Part shown: piece by piece, positions 39,684-48,850 of the stretch
Layout of the letters: each line of letters starts with the position of its first letter
How positions within the stretch are numbered: position 1 is the stretch's first letter
Assembly: GCA_963555815.3 (NCBI GenBank)
Contig: CAUVWX020000001.1
Span: 1,248,001 to 1,312,000 of the forward strand
DNA length: 64,000 nt
Direction of reading: 5' to 3'
Source of the DNA: a bacterium
Lineage (GTDB): Bacteria; UBA8248; JACPRG01; G963555815
Position numbers and translations under genes: made by a program
The notes under the pieces: model-generated
What the model saw: the letters and a program-made list of their open reading frames with translations, nothing else
Database searches by the model: none
Told to the model about the DNA's origin: nothing

Positions 39684-40370
39684 TTAGCCTTCAAACCACT
39701 GCACATCCTCAATGATCCGGGCTGCCCCCCTCTTTCCAATAATGGCGAGTTCCTGGGCGGCCTCCCCCGAGAGGTTCCCGGCAAAAGTGAAGGCTAGAAT
39801 TTCGGCTGGGTCCTTGGGGTTACAGCTGAGGAAAGAGTGGGGGACGAAGGGGCGGATGTAGAAACAGTCTCCTTCCTCCATTTCCTGTCTTTTGATTTCC
39901 CCCTCCGATTTCCAGTAGAAGCGAAGCCGTCCGTGCAACACATAAGTGCACTGATGGAGGGAATGTCCTTTGTTCATCTGCAGATCCGCCTCATCGGAGC
40001 ACAGGAGGGTGAGAAGTTCCGGTTTCATGGTTGGGATCTCGGTGCTCGTCACAAGGTCAGCATATTCATAGTAGGGTTTCCCACCCCGCGTAATGGTCCG
40101 CACATAACGGTCTCGCTTTCTCAAGATCTTGACGCCGTCCGTAGTGTCCCTCGCCATGGGGAACATGTCCCGAACATTGAGGGTCATCGCTTGGGCCAAT
40201 TGTTGAATCTGGTCGAACGTTGGAGAAATCTCTCCTGACTCGATCTCCTGGATGGTTTTGACTGGCAGGCCGGCCCTTTCAGCAAGGAGATCTTGCGTCA
40301 ACTTCCCACTGTTTCGATGGGCGAGAATGAGCGTGCCGAAATCCATTGAGAGGCTAGATGTCGTCTTCAT
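39684..40370 (-). CDS. HTH-cupin non-heme Fe enzyme, HppE/HEPD/MPnS family (single-domain, MPnS-like signature)
   Basis: RGGKPYYEY.D, N.GHSLHQ.TY, G.L.FYW, GD..YI.PF.PH.F, C-terminal QWF; located within the phosphonate operon. Confidence 0.8.
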   Translation of the reverse strand: MKTTSSLSMDFGTLILAHRNSGKLTQDLLAERAGLPVKTIQEIESGEISPTFDQIQQLAQAMTLNVRDMFPMARDTTDGVKILRKRDRYVRTITRGGKPYYEYADLVTSTEIPTMKPELLTLLCSDEADLQMNKGHSLHQCTYVLHGRLRFYWKSEGEIKRQEMEEGDCFYIRPFVPHSFLSCNPKDPAEILAFTFAGNLSGEAAQELAIIGKRGAARIIEDVQWFEG

Positions 40371-40423
40371 CACCTCGCTCCTTTCAGATGGAAGACTTTT
40401 CCGTGTGGATTGTCCACCCGACG

Positions 40424-41545
40424 TCAAAACACGGCCATCAAGATCTTCTTGATGTCCTCCCGGGACAACGGCCTCGGATTGTAGCCCATTCGCTCCGGAT
40501 AAGACCAGTCTTGAATGAGTGCTTCTACGTCCCCCTCCCTAAGCCCAAGGGCCGTGAGCCTCATCGGGTGACCTGCCTCCCGAAGGAGCCGGGAGAGGGC
40601 CTTCCCGCCTGCTTCAGCGTCAGGGGCCCCAAGGGCCCGGGCAATGGCCGAGGCCGCCTCAGGGGCCGCCTCGGTGTTGAAGGGGAGGAGGGGAGGAAGG
40701 GTAATGGAGCAGGCCACTCCATGGGGAACCTGGTAGAGGAGCGTCAAAGGATAGGAGAGGGCGTGAGCCGCGGCCGTCTTCGTCTGACTGAAGGCCAAAC
40801 CTGCATGGAGGCTCGCCCGGCTCACCTCGCTCCTCGCCTTCAGATTCTGGGGGTCCTGTCTTACCCGAGGAAGACCAGCGGCCAGCCCCCTCACCGCCTC
40901 CAGGGCCAAGAGGGTGGAGATGGGGTTTCGGTTCCGAGACCAGCAGGCCTCCACCGCGTGGGAGAGGGCATCCAGACCGCTCGCCATGGTCACGGAAGGT
41001 GGAAGGGAAAGGGTCAGAGTCGGATCGACCAGGGTGAGATCCGGAAAGAGACCAGGGCCTTCAAGAGAATATTTTCTCCTTCCTTCCCAGTCCCAGAGGG
41101 TGGCCCAGGGCGTGACCTCGCTCCCGGTCCCTGCCGTCGTCGGGATAGCCACCAGGGGAAGCCGTGTCGTTCCAGGCGGCACGCCCTCTCGAAGATATCT
41201 CAAGAGCTCTTCCTCATTTGCCAAAAGTGCTACAGCCTTCGCCATATCAATGACACTTCCGCCGCCCACCGCCAGGATAATCTCGGCCCCCTTCTCCCTG
41301 GCGAGCTGGCTTGTCGTCAGGGCGCTCGAGGGGCTTGGGTTCGGGGGGACGGGCGGAGCCGCATCGACCGAGAAACCGTCGAGGAGTTTTAGTAGGCGGG
41401 CATACAGAGGGGATTGAAAAAGGTGGTTTCCGGCAAGGAGGAAGATGTGTCCTCTGAGCTCTCGAAGGAGATCAGGGAGGGTATCGAGGACCCCAATGCC
41501 GAAGTGGACAGAAGTGGGGAGGTGAAAACGGAAGTCTTCCTTCAT
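40424..41545 (-). CDS. iron-containing alcohol dehydrogenase, probable phosphonoacetaldehyde reductase
   Basis: GGGSVID.AK, PTTAGTGSE.T, DAL.HA.E..WS, T..AHA.SYP...PHG; ATGA overlap with the decarboxylase beta gene. Confidence 0.88.
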   Translation of the reverse strand: MKEDFRFHLPTSVHFGIGVLDTLPDLLRELRGHIFLLAGNHLFQSPLYARLLKLLDGFSVDAAPPVPPNPSPSSALTTSQLAREKGAEIILAVGGGSVIDMAKAVALLANEEELLRYLREGVPPGTTRLPLVAIPTTAGTGSEVTPWATLWDWEGRRKYSLEGPGLFPDLTLVDPTLTLSLPPSVTMASGLDALSHAVEACWSRNRNPISTLLALEAVRGLAAGLPRVRQDPQNLKARSEVSRASLHAGLAFSQTKTAAAHALSYPLTLLYQVPHGVACSITLPPLLPFNTEAAPEAASAIARALGAPDAEAGGKALSRLLREAGHPMRLTALGLREGDVEALIQDWSYPERMGYNPRPLSREDIKKILMAVF

Positions 41546-42108
41546 GCCACTTCGTTCTCGGACTTTAAACATTCGCGCAAACGCTGCGTTAAGACTTCGG
41601 GTGGAATGGATACCCGGCCTATGCCTGGCGTTCCCTCGGGGCTTACCTTGACCCAGAAAAATGACGGCCCCGCTTTGATGACGTTAAGGGTCTCTCTGAG
41701 CTCTGTTGGCGAGGAGAGGGTGTAGACCTCGCGGTAGCCGGCTGAGGCGGCGATGTCTGCCAAAGACAGATGGCCGCCTGGCCTTGGCTGTCCACCGGTG
41801 GATTCGTAGATGCCATTATCGAGGACGAGGTGGATGAGGCGTCCTCCGTTGGCCATTAATGGAAGGGTGCTGAGTCCCATGAGAAAGCTTCCGTCTCCAT
41901 CCAGGATCACCACTGGGCGTTCAGGGCGAAGAAGCGAGACGGCAAGGCCGAAGGAGGAGAGAAGGCCCATGGAACCTATCATGTAGAACTGGTTTGGCCG
42001 ATCTCCAAGGGCGAAGAGTTCCCGAGAGATCATCCCTGTTGTTGAGAGGAGAACTCCCTTGGACCCGAAGGCCTCCTGAATGATCTGAAGGGCCTCAGCA
42101 CGCCTCAT
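41542..42108 (-). CDS. phosphonopyruvate decarboxylase beta (ThDP-binding) subunit
   Basis: TTG.ISREL, FYM.GSMG, DGDGS.LM, DNG.YESTGGQ. Confidence 0.88.
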   Translation of the reverse strand: MRRAEALQIIQEAFGSKGVLLSTTGMISRELFALGDRPNQFYMIGSMGLLSSFGLAVSLLRPERPVVILDGDGSFLMGLSTLPLMANGGRLIHLVLDNGIYESTGGQPRPGGHLSLADIAASAGYREVYTLSSPTELRETLNVIKAGPSFFWVKVSPEGTPGIGRVSIPPEVLTQRLRECLKSENEVA

Positions 42109-42590
42109 CCGATCATCCCTTCCCGGAGGATAAGAGCTGCGGGGAGGCGCGTTTCCAGCATCTCTCGAAAGAGGGGTGAGAGACCGTCTGTGGCCTTTGG
42201 GGAGAAGACGAGAGAGGGAATTCCTAAGAGATCCAAAAGGGAGAGCATCTTTTCTCCCATGACCCAGTGTTCTGGAGCGTCCTGGCGGGTTTCCCCTCTC
42301 CAGGAGATCACCATCAGGATGGGGATGCGGTAGGGCAGGTTGAAAGAGGTTAGGCCGTTCACCACGTTTCCTAGGCCCGAATTCTGGATGAGGATGCCCC
42401 CTGGCCGCCCGCACATGTAGGCCCCGCTTGCCAGCCCCAGGGCCGTGTCCTCCCGAGCTGCGGGGAGATAGGTGACCTCAGGGTCGGCTTCGGCCTCGAT
42501 CAGGAGGGATTTCAGGAGAGAGCAGGGGACCCCTGAGAAGAAGGTGAGACCGTGCGATTTCAGAGTTGCCCAGAATCTTTGGGCGTCCAT
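42105..42590 (-). CDS. phosphonopyruvate decarboxylase alpha subunit
   Basis: FFSGVPCS.L, RED.A.G.A.G, QNSGLGN..N.L.S, WRG...DAPEH..MG. Confidence 0.88.
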   Translation of the reverse strand: MDAQRFWATLKSHGLTFFSGVPCSLLKSLLIEAEADPEVTYLPAAREDTALGLASGAYMCGRPGGILIQNSGLGNVVNGLTSFNLPYRIPILMVISWRGETRQDAPEHWVMGEKMLSLLDLLGIPSLVFSPKATDGLSPLFREMLETRLPAALILREGMIG

Positions 42591-42600
42591 CTCATCATCC

Positions 42601-44541
42601 TTAGCGGACGCGGCTCCAGGCCCGCTGATAGTCCTCAAAGGTATCCACATCCATCCAGCCGTGTAAGGCTTCAAAAGCCACCACCTTTTCTCCACGCTGG
42701 ATGAGCTCTTGGATCATGTCCGTGAAGCCCGCCTGTTCCAGGGAAGGCGCCTCGTGGAGGGGGGCGCCGGTCTTGCGTTGCAGGAGATCCTGATAGACCT
42801 CTCGAAGGATTTTCGTCCCTCGCTCCGAGAACATGCATAGGCCAACGAACTCCCCCTGAGACTGCTCTGGGTCCAGGCGGCGGCCGATCCGAAGAACTCG
42901 GGCATAAGATCCATCTCCAGCAAGACTCAGGGAGGGGTCCGTCATCACCAGCTCGGGGGGAAACTGGGCATCTTTTTTCGTCTCAGAAAAGGAGCGGTCT
43001 ACGAGAAGGCTCACATCGGCTGTGCTTCGAAGAAGCCCCTCTAAGAGCTGCCGCTCAAATAGGACGTCGCCGTACAGGAAGAGAAATGGTCCCTCCATCT
43101 CGGCTTCGGCGCAGAAAAGGGAGGAGAGGATGTGGGTCTCGCGAAAGCGCAGATTGTCATAGTAGCGAAGGTTGGGGAGATTGACCTTCTCTCTGAGGTA
43201 TCCACGGACAACCGCGATCTCTCGGATGTTCAAGGTGTTGAGGGTTTCCACCTGGCGCTCCAGAATGGATTTCCCCTTAATGTCGAGCATGGCCTTGGGC
43301 CGATCTTCGGTCAGGGGGAGAAGCTCCTCATGAGGCCCAGCCGCTACGATGAGGGCACGAAGGCGGTGACCGCCGACCGGAAGAAAGGCCTGCTCTTGGC
43401 GTTTCATGGACGAGAGGTCGATGAGCTGGTAGACGTCCTCTAGGGGGACGATCCGGTCATCCACGGCGCTCGCCTGACCCTCGGTGAGAAGGCGCTGAAA
43501 AACCTCTCGCATTCCAAAGACGCAAGCCCGGAGGGCCTGGTTGGCAAAGATAACCGCCTTGAAGCCCCAGGCGGAGAGCTCCTTTACAGATGTCGTCTTA
43601 TACATGGTCGGGACTGACACGAGGGGACAGGGCCGGTCCCACTGCCGGGCGAACTCCCGGACCTCCTCGGGGGAGGGGGACCTCGAGTGGATCAAGATGG
43701 CGTCAGCCCCAGCGTCGGCATAAGCCCGGGCCCGTCGAAGGGCCTCCCCCATCCCCCACCCGGCAATGAGTGCCTCACATCGGGCCATGACGAAAAATTC
43801 CGGCGTCTGCTGGTTTGCCTTAGCGGCTTGTAGCTTTCCGACATGCTCCTCGACAGAGACAAGCTCCTGTCTCACTCCTGGGTAGAGGCTGCATCGTTTG
43901 GGAAAGGCATTATCCTCAATACAGATCCCCGCTAGGCCTGCGCGCTCATACTCCACCACAGTTCTGATCACATTGATGGCGTTTCCGTACCCGTTGTCGC
44001 AGTCAGCAATGATGGGCAGGGCGACGGCATCGTTCATCTGGCGAGCGGCCTCCAGGTTCTCACTCATCGTCAAAAGGTTGGCGTCGGGCATCCCACGAGC
44101 CGCTGAGACCGAGAAGCCGCTGGCCCAGATGGCGTCGAAGCCCGCCTCCTCTGCGATCTTGGCACTGATCCCATCATGTGCCCCCGCCAACAGAACCACA
44201 GAGGGCCCCTCAAGGAGGGCCCTGAACTGCCGAGCCCGCGAGACGCCATTGAGCGAAACTTGGCCTGACAGAAACCTTCCTGATGAAGAACCACTCAGGG
44301 CGATTTGCTCGCCTTCGTTGTCCTTGGGAGGGAGGTGGCCGCTCGCTTGCAATAGTGAACGAAGTTCCAAGCCGTAGGCCTGGGCGAGTTTTTTAAGGAT
44401 GTTGAGGTGTGGGTCCTTGCGAATCCCCCGCTCGAGCTGGGAGATGTAAGGGCTTGAGACGCCTGAAGCCCCTGAAGCTTCACGGATAGAGAGTTTCGAG
44501 GCCTCTCTGGCCTTCTTTAGGACAGCTCCAAGCGGGTCCAT
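42601..44541 (-). CDS. pepM: XRE-HTH / PEP mutase / nucleotidyltransferase triple fusion
   Basis: N-terminal HTH (YISQLERG); GAHD..SA, WASGF, D.DNGYGN, IEDNAFPKRCS, AR.EALIAG, IHS, VPT.Y; C-terminal PLTEDRPKAML, YGDVLF, GEFVGL, W.D.DT. Confidence 0.85.
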   Translation of the reverse strand: MDPLGAVLKKAREASKLSIREASGASGVSSPYISQLERGIRKDPHLNILKKLAQAYGLELRSLLQASGHLPPKDNEGEQIALSGSSSGRFLSGQVSLNGVSRARQFRALLEGPSVVLLAGAHDGISAKIAEEAGFDAIWASGFSVSAARGMPDANLLTMSENLEAARQMNDAVALPIIADCDNGYGNAINVIRTVVEYERAGLAGICIEDNAFPKRCSLYPGVRQELVSVEEHVGKLQAAKANQQTPEFFVMARCEALIAGWGMGEALRRARAYADAGADAILIHSRSPSPEEVREFARQWDRPCPLVSVPTMYKTTSVKELSAWGFKAVIFANQALRACVFGMREVFQRLLTEGQASAVDDRIVPLEDVYQLIDLSSMKRQEQAFLPVGGHRLRALIVAAGPHEELLPLTEDRPKAMLDIKGKSILERQVETLNTLNIREIAVVRGYLREKVNLPNLRYYDNLRFRETHILSSLFCAEAEMEGPFLFLYGDVLFERQLLEGLLRSTADVSLLVDRSFSETKKDAQFPPELVMTDPSLSLAGDGSYARVLRIGRRLDPEQSQGEFVGLCMFSERGTKILREVYQDLLQRKTGAPLHEAPSLEQAGFTDMIQELIQRGEKVVAFEALHGWMDVDTFEDYQRAWSRVR

Positions 44542-44594
44542 CGATTCCCCCGAGAGATGGGTATTTTGTTAATTCCAGCAAATAAATTAGCGAA

Positions 44595-44622
44595 ATCATA
44601 ACGCTCCTTCTATCGCTGTCAA
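44595..44622 (-). promoter_or_regulatory. sigma70-type promoter for the phosphonate operon
   Basis: TTGACA-N16-TATGAT about 55 nt upstream of the pepM fusion start. Confidence 0.6.
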
Positions 44623-45014
44623 GGGGAATTTGAAGGGCCCCGGGCGACTGGCTGAGAATGGAGCTTTTCCTACGCGATACGCCGCGGTACGCTGAGGTCG
44701 CTAGTGGGGTGGGCGGATTGGCCAGTCGCCCTTCTCTTGCCAAGGCTGGGGAGAGCGCAGCGTCAAGGCCTCCTGTTCGAGAAAGGCCGTTCGCAAGATA
44801 TTATGGCGAAAGCTCCTCCTGCGAAGGCCTTGGACTGAAAGGGTCTGACCTGACACCTTCTTTTCCCGGTCCTTCTTTCATCCTTGACGAGTTAAGATGC
44901 CTGTGATATATACTGCGGCGCAAATGGGGTGCTGGCCCTAGAAGGGAGGACGTGGCCTCCAAGGGAGCGGCGCTGTCTGAGGATGTGACCCCTCTCTCTT
45001 GAGCTGAACGGCTG

Positions 45015-45932
45015 ATGGACTTTCTGTGGCACCGAAAACGCTATCCGACAGAATTGACGGTCGATGCCCATTCCGTCTGCAACGCGACCTGCGTCACCTG
45101 CCCCTACCCGAAGCTCAGCCAAGTGTTGGATCACGGCAAGATGGACTGGGACCTCTACACCAAGATCATCGACGACTTCGAGGGCATCTGCCGGCGGGAG
45201 GGTTTCCGGGGGTCCCTGAGCTATTGCAACATGAGCGAGCCCACGATCCTGAAGAACTTCTTCGACTATTTGGAGTATGCCTACCGCAAAGGATGCTTCT
45301 CCGTCTATTTCAACACGAACATGTCTTTCCTGACCCCCGCCTTCATCGACCGCCTGGTGGCAGAGAATGTCCTTCCGGACATCCATCTGAACATCATGTC
45401 CCTTGACAAGGATCAGTACGAGGAGTTCATGGGGATCGACTTTGAGACCACCATGGAGAACCTGGAGTACCTGGTGGAGCACTACGACACCCGTCAGGTG
45501 GACGCGGGCGTCCTCAGCCCCCCGCTGAATGGCAATGGGGTCAAGGAGTTCCAAATATTCTTCAAGAAGAGGAAGGTCAAAACCTATGTGGTCAAAGCTC
45601 GAGACCGGGCCCAGAACGTCCTCGACGAGATCCACCCCATCATAAATAAGACTTACGGCTGCAGGAAGAACCGGCCCTTGCGGCGGATGCTGGTGACCCA
45701 TGACGGCCGGGTCTTTCTCTGCTGCGAGGACATGGCCAATGAGGTCATCCTGGGGGATCTCAGGGAGGAGAGCGTCGAAGAGGTCTGGAACAGCGAGAAG
45801 TGTCGGGAGATCCTGGAGATCATCTACGAGGGGAAATCCGCAAACCCAAATTTCATCTGTTATCGCTGTGTCCATGGGGTGAAGAAAAAGCCCACCTTTC
45901 TTCATGAGGCCATGGGCTGGGACCCAGACTAG
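45015..45932 (+). CDS. radical SAM / SPASM-twitch protein
   Basis: CNATCVTC, EP, NTN; GC...P..DG.V.LCC.D..LG.L...W, C..C. Confidence 0.9.
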   Translation: MDFLWHRKRYPTELTVDAHSVCNATCVTCPYPKLSQVLDHGKMDWDLYTKIIDDFEGICRREGFRGSLSYCNMSEPTILKNFFDYLEYAYRKGCFSVYFNTNMSFLTPAFIDRLVAENVLPDIHLNIMSLDKDQYEEFMGIDFETTMENLEYLVEHYDTRQVDAGVLSPPLNGNGVKEFQIFFKKRKVKTYVVKARDRAQNVLDEIHPIINKTYGCRKNRPLRRMLVTHDGRVFLCCEDMANEVILGDLREESVEEVWNSEKCREILEIIYEGKSANPNFICYRCVHGVKKKPTFLHEAMGWDPD

Positions 45933-46212
45933 GTCCGTCGTTGCATTTCTTCCTTGGCGATCTTATGCGCTTTTGCGCGCCACCTCTTCTTCTTGAGCGG
46001 AACGGCTGATGGAATTTCTAAGACACCGAAAGTGCTATCCGATGAAGATAACAACGGAAGGACTCCACAACCTCTCTTCCGTGGCGCAGACACCCATGTT
46101 TGAAAGGGGTATGCAAGGGGGAAAAAGGGATTTTCGATTTCTGTCCGCCGGAAACAATTAGGCAAACCAGATCGCAATCATAGTTCTGAAGATCGCAGAT
46201 TAGAAGCCTTGT

Positions 46213-47184
46213 ATGATCCCTCATGAGTTATCTCCAAGAAAGATTAGGTTCCCTGAAACCGATCATCACTCTATTGTTTTAATTTCCGGGGCCAATCTCA
46301 GACATCAAAGGTTCGGATATCTTCTCCAAAAAGAATTTGGCGATCTGGTTTTGGCCTGGTTTCAGGTCGGAAAGCTGCCCGATTCTGCATACACAAAAGG
46401 CCGTAGAGAAAAGTTACGAATCTTGTGGGAGAAGGTGAAACGCAAACTCTCAGTAGCTTATGAGATTGAGGCCATCCGGGACTACGTAAAGAATCAGGGC
46501 TTAATTAAAAGTATAAAGAAGGGATTTGTCTCCTTCTTACCGGCGCTCCATACGATATACCTATTTCACAGACGTGGAAGGCGACAACTTTATTTGGACA
46601 AGACTTTTTTTGGACAAGAACTCGAGGAACTTAAGCTACACGCAAAATTGAGTCCCATTGTAGTAGACGATCCCCATTCGGAAGAGTTCGTTCAACGAAT
46701 CAAGAAGTTAGATCCTTACTTCCTTCTTTCCGTGGGCGGCCCCTTGTATAGCAAAAAGTTGTTGGAAAGCGTTCGGGGCGTTCCAATTAACCAACACGCG
46801 GGTTACTCGCCGAAATACAAAGGGGGCAATACAGTTGAATGGGCTCTCTATAACCGGGATCTGTATGGTGTGGGAAGTACGGTCCACATTACGACCAGCG
46901 GTGCAGACGCTGGCCCCATTTTGCGCCGGTCTCATCCATGCCTGCTGGATAGTGACACGCCCGAATGCTGTTTTGTAAAGGTCTTCAAATTGGGCAATGA
47001 ATTAGCTATCGAGGTGGTCAAAGACATTATGTTGAATAAGGAGATCTTCGTATACGATCAGCCGTCAGATGGCGGAATGACGTATCTGGGTTCGCAATTG
47101 AACAAGGATATTCTGGGAGCGATATATCGGGATTTTTCAAAAAAATGGCTGAAAAAGGAACTTGTAAGACTAAGGACCTTTTGA
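46213..47184 (+). CDS. formyltransferase-family protein (AT-richer)
   Basis: INQHAG.SP.YKG, G.TVH......DAGPI. Confidence 0.8.
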   Translation: MIPHELSPRKIRFPETDHHSIVLISGANLRHQRFGYLLQKEFGDLVLAWFQVGKLPDSAYTKGRREKLRILWEKVKRKLSVAYEIEAIRDYVKNQGLIKSIKKGFVSFLPALHTIYLFHRRGRRQLYLDKTFFGQELEELKLHAKLSPIVVDDPHSEEFVQRIKKLDPYFLLSVGGPLYSKKLLESVRGVPINQHAGYSPKYKGGNTVEWALYNRDLYGVGSTVHITTSGADAGPILRRSHPCLLDSDTPECCFVKVFKLGNELAIEVVKDIMLNKEIFVYDQPSDGGMTYLGSQLNKDILGAIYRDFSKKWLKKELVRLRTF

Positions 47185-47230
47185 AAGTCAACGTCCTTGT
47201 AACCAACAGTCACCCGCGGTAGGCGGTAGA

Positions 47231-48145
47231 ATGAAGGCAGGATGGTATATTTTCTTGTATCACAACATATCGTGGGAGGAGACTCCTTACACGCGCGGCT
47301 TGGAGCCAACTCATCCTCCGAATATCTTTCAAGATCATCTTTCACGTCTAAGTGAACTCGGAGAATTTGTTTCGATATCGGAGGGCTTAAGTCGTCTGGA
47401 TAGCGGTACTGTTTCTAGTCCAACGTTCAGTTTTTGGTTTGACGACGGGTTAGTAGGGGTCAGAAAATATGCATTACCGCTGCTTGAGAAATATAATGTA
47501 ACAGGTGGCCTTTCAGTTTGCAGTCACTTCTTTAATAGGCAGGACTTTTTTTGGCGCTTTAAACTTTCCTATCTAAGCTATATTGACGGCCTGAGATTCT
47601 TAAGACATCGACTCAAAAAATATGGATACACAAAGGGGATGTCTATTAAAGGCTTTTGCCTGGACAATTTTTCTGAGGCTATCGTTGAAGAAATCGACAC
47701 CGTTTTCAGAAACGTGACTTCGGATCCGGAGAGAGAAGACGCTTTTAGGCTATTTGAAACCAAAACCGGGCTCATGGAATTGAAGGAAAAAGAATGGACA
47801 TTGGCAAATCATACCGCTGCGCATTATCCGGTCGGTGAGGATAGTTTTCTCAGCCACTTTGAAAGGCAATTTTCTGAATGTGAGGCCGAATATAAAGCAT
47901 TGTTTGGCGAGGAGTCTAAATTTTGGGTTTTACCCTTCGATAGAGGAAAGTGTCGTTCAAGGAGGCTAATCGAAAGATTTAGAGAATGCGCCAACAATAG
48001 ATACCTGGTGCTCGTCGGGAACAAAATGAACACCCCTTCTAATACGAAAGAAAAGGTTATTTTCAGGATAACTCCGCCAGTTTGCAAAGGGACCCATCTG
48101 TATAGGTCCCTCCTGGATGTCATGAATTTCGGGACTGGCCTCTGA
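47231..48145 (+). CDS. polysaccharide deacetylase family protein (AT-richer)
   Basis: LYH, FDDG, A.P.L, NHT..H, PF. Confidence 0.8.
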   Translation: MKAGWYIFLYHNISWEETPYTRGLEPTHPPNIFQDHLSRLSELGEFVSISEGLSRLDSGTVSSPTFSFWFDDGLVGVRKYALPLLEKYNVTGGLSVCSHFFNRQDFFWRFKLSYLSYIDGLRFLRHRLKKYGYTKGMSIKGFCLDNFSEAIVEEIDTVFRNVTSDPEREDAFRLFETKTGLMELKEKEWTLANHTAAHYPVGEDSFLSHFERQFSECEAEYKALFGEESKFWVLPFDRGKCRSRRLIERFRECANNRYLVLVGNKMNTPSNTKEKVIFRITPPVCKGTHLYRSLLDVMNFGTGL

Positions 48146-48263
48146 GCAGGCCTGCGGAGCCCACTGCTCCTGGGAACCAATCCGGAAACCTTTAATACCG
48201 TTTATAATAAATTCGGCGAGCGAAAGGGGCTTGAGGGGCCAAAGGTTCTTGCGAGGTGATCAA

Positions 48264-48761
48264 ATGTTTCTCAGCGAAACGGACCGCCAGGAGGTCGAAT
48301 CCTTCCTGGCCTGGATTGAAGAGGCTTTCCGTTCGGACAGCCGGTTTCATCCCATCCATCCCAAAGACCCGGAGGTGGAAGGGGATCCCTCTGGGCTTGA
48401 GCGTTGCCTCATGATAGGCCCGCGGACCTGGGTCCAGGTTACCGCCAGTCCAGACAAGGGAGGGCTGACCGTCGCCCTCGCCACACGGGACCGCACCGTG
48501 AGCGAGGCCGTCGAGGGGAACTCCCTTCAGCTTGGAGACTCCTTCGAGGAGCTTCTCGAGGATGGCCTGGAAGACGCGGGGGAGGAGGACACCTACGCCG
48601 TCGACCACTACCATGACAGCGGGGCCTTTTTCTTCGAATCCAAGCTTCCGCTGGAGGGGAGCTGGTCGGACCTAAAGTCGCTTGAGGTGCGGGACAAGGC
48701 CCGAAAGATCATCCTTGGATATCGCCTGGGCCTTGGCCGATTCTTCTTGGACCAGGATTGA
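48264..48761 (+). CDS. hypothetical protein (acidic)
   Basis: GAGGTG RBS, ORF with host-like codon usage. Confidence 0.6.
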   Translation: MFLSETDRQEVESFLAWIEEAFRSDSRFHPIHPKDPEVEGDPSGLERCLMIGPRTWVQVTASPDKGGLTVALATRDRTVSEAVEGNSLQLGDSFEELLEDGLEDAGEEDTYAVDHYHDSGAFFFESKLPLEGSWSDLKSLEVRDKARKIILGYRLGLGRFFLDQD

Positions 48762-48775
48762 ACCGCTGACGGTGG

Positions 48776-48804
48776 GAGGGCCTCAAACAGGAGGCCCCTC
48801 TTTT
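48776..48804 (+). terminator. probable intrinsic terminator
   Basis: GAGGGCCTC-loop-GAGGCCCCTC followed by TTTT. Confidence 0.45.
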
Positions 48805-48850
48805 GTATCCCATCTGACTTTTGAGTTGCTTTCGTTCGTGAGGAGGTTTT

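Noticed and set aside
39684..40370. Simple XRE-cupin transcription regulator or fosfomycin epoxidase HppE
   Set aside because: Shares YYEY, N.GH..HQ and PF.PH motifs with the HEPD/MPnS family; Gln rather than Glu ligand; no B12 radical SAM methyltransferase for 2-HPP.
41542..42590. Sulfopyruvate decarboxylase ComDE (coenzyme M)
   Set aside because: The split architecture is similar, but the PEP mutase/ADH context and absence of comABC favour phosphonopyruvate decarboxylase.
45929..46224. Short minus-strand ORFs between the rSAM and formyltransferase genes
   Set aside because: No RBS or motif support; probably intergenic.
48762..48850. Guanidine riboswitch upstream of DUF1989
   Set aside because: No ACGR twin hairpins or ykkC consensus; only a terminator-like hairpin.
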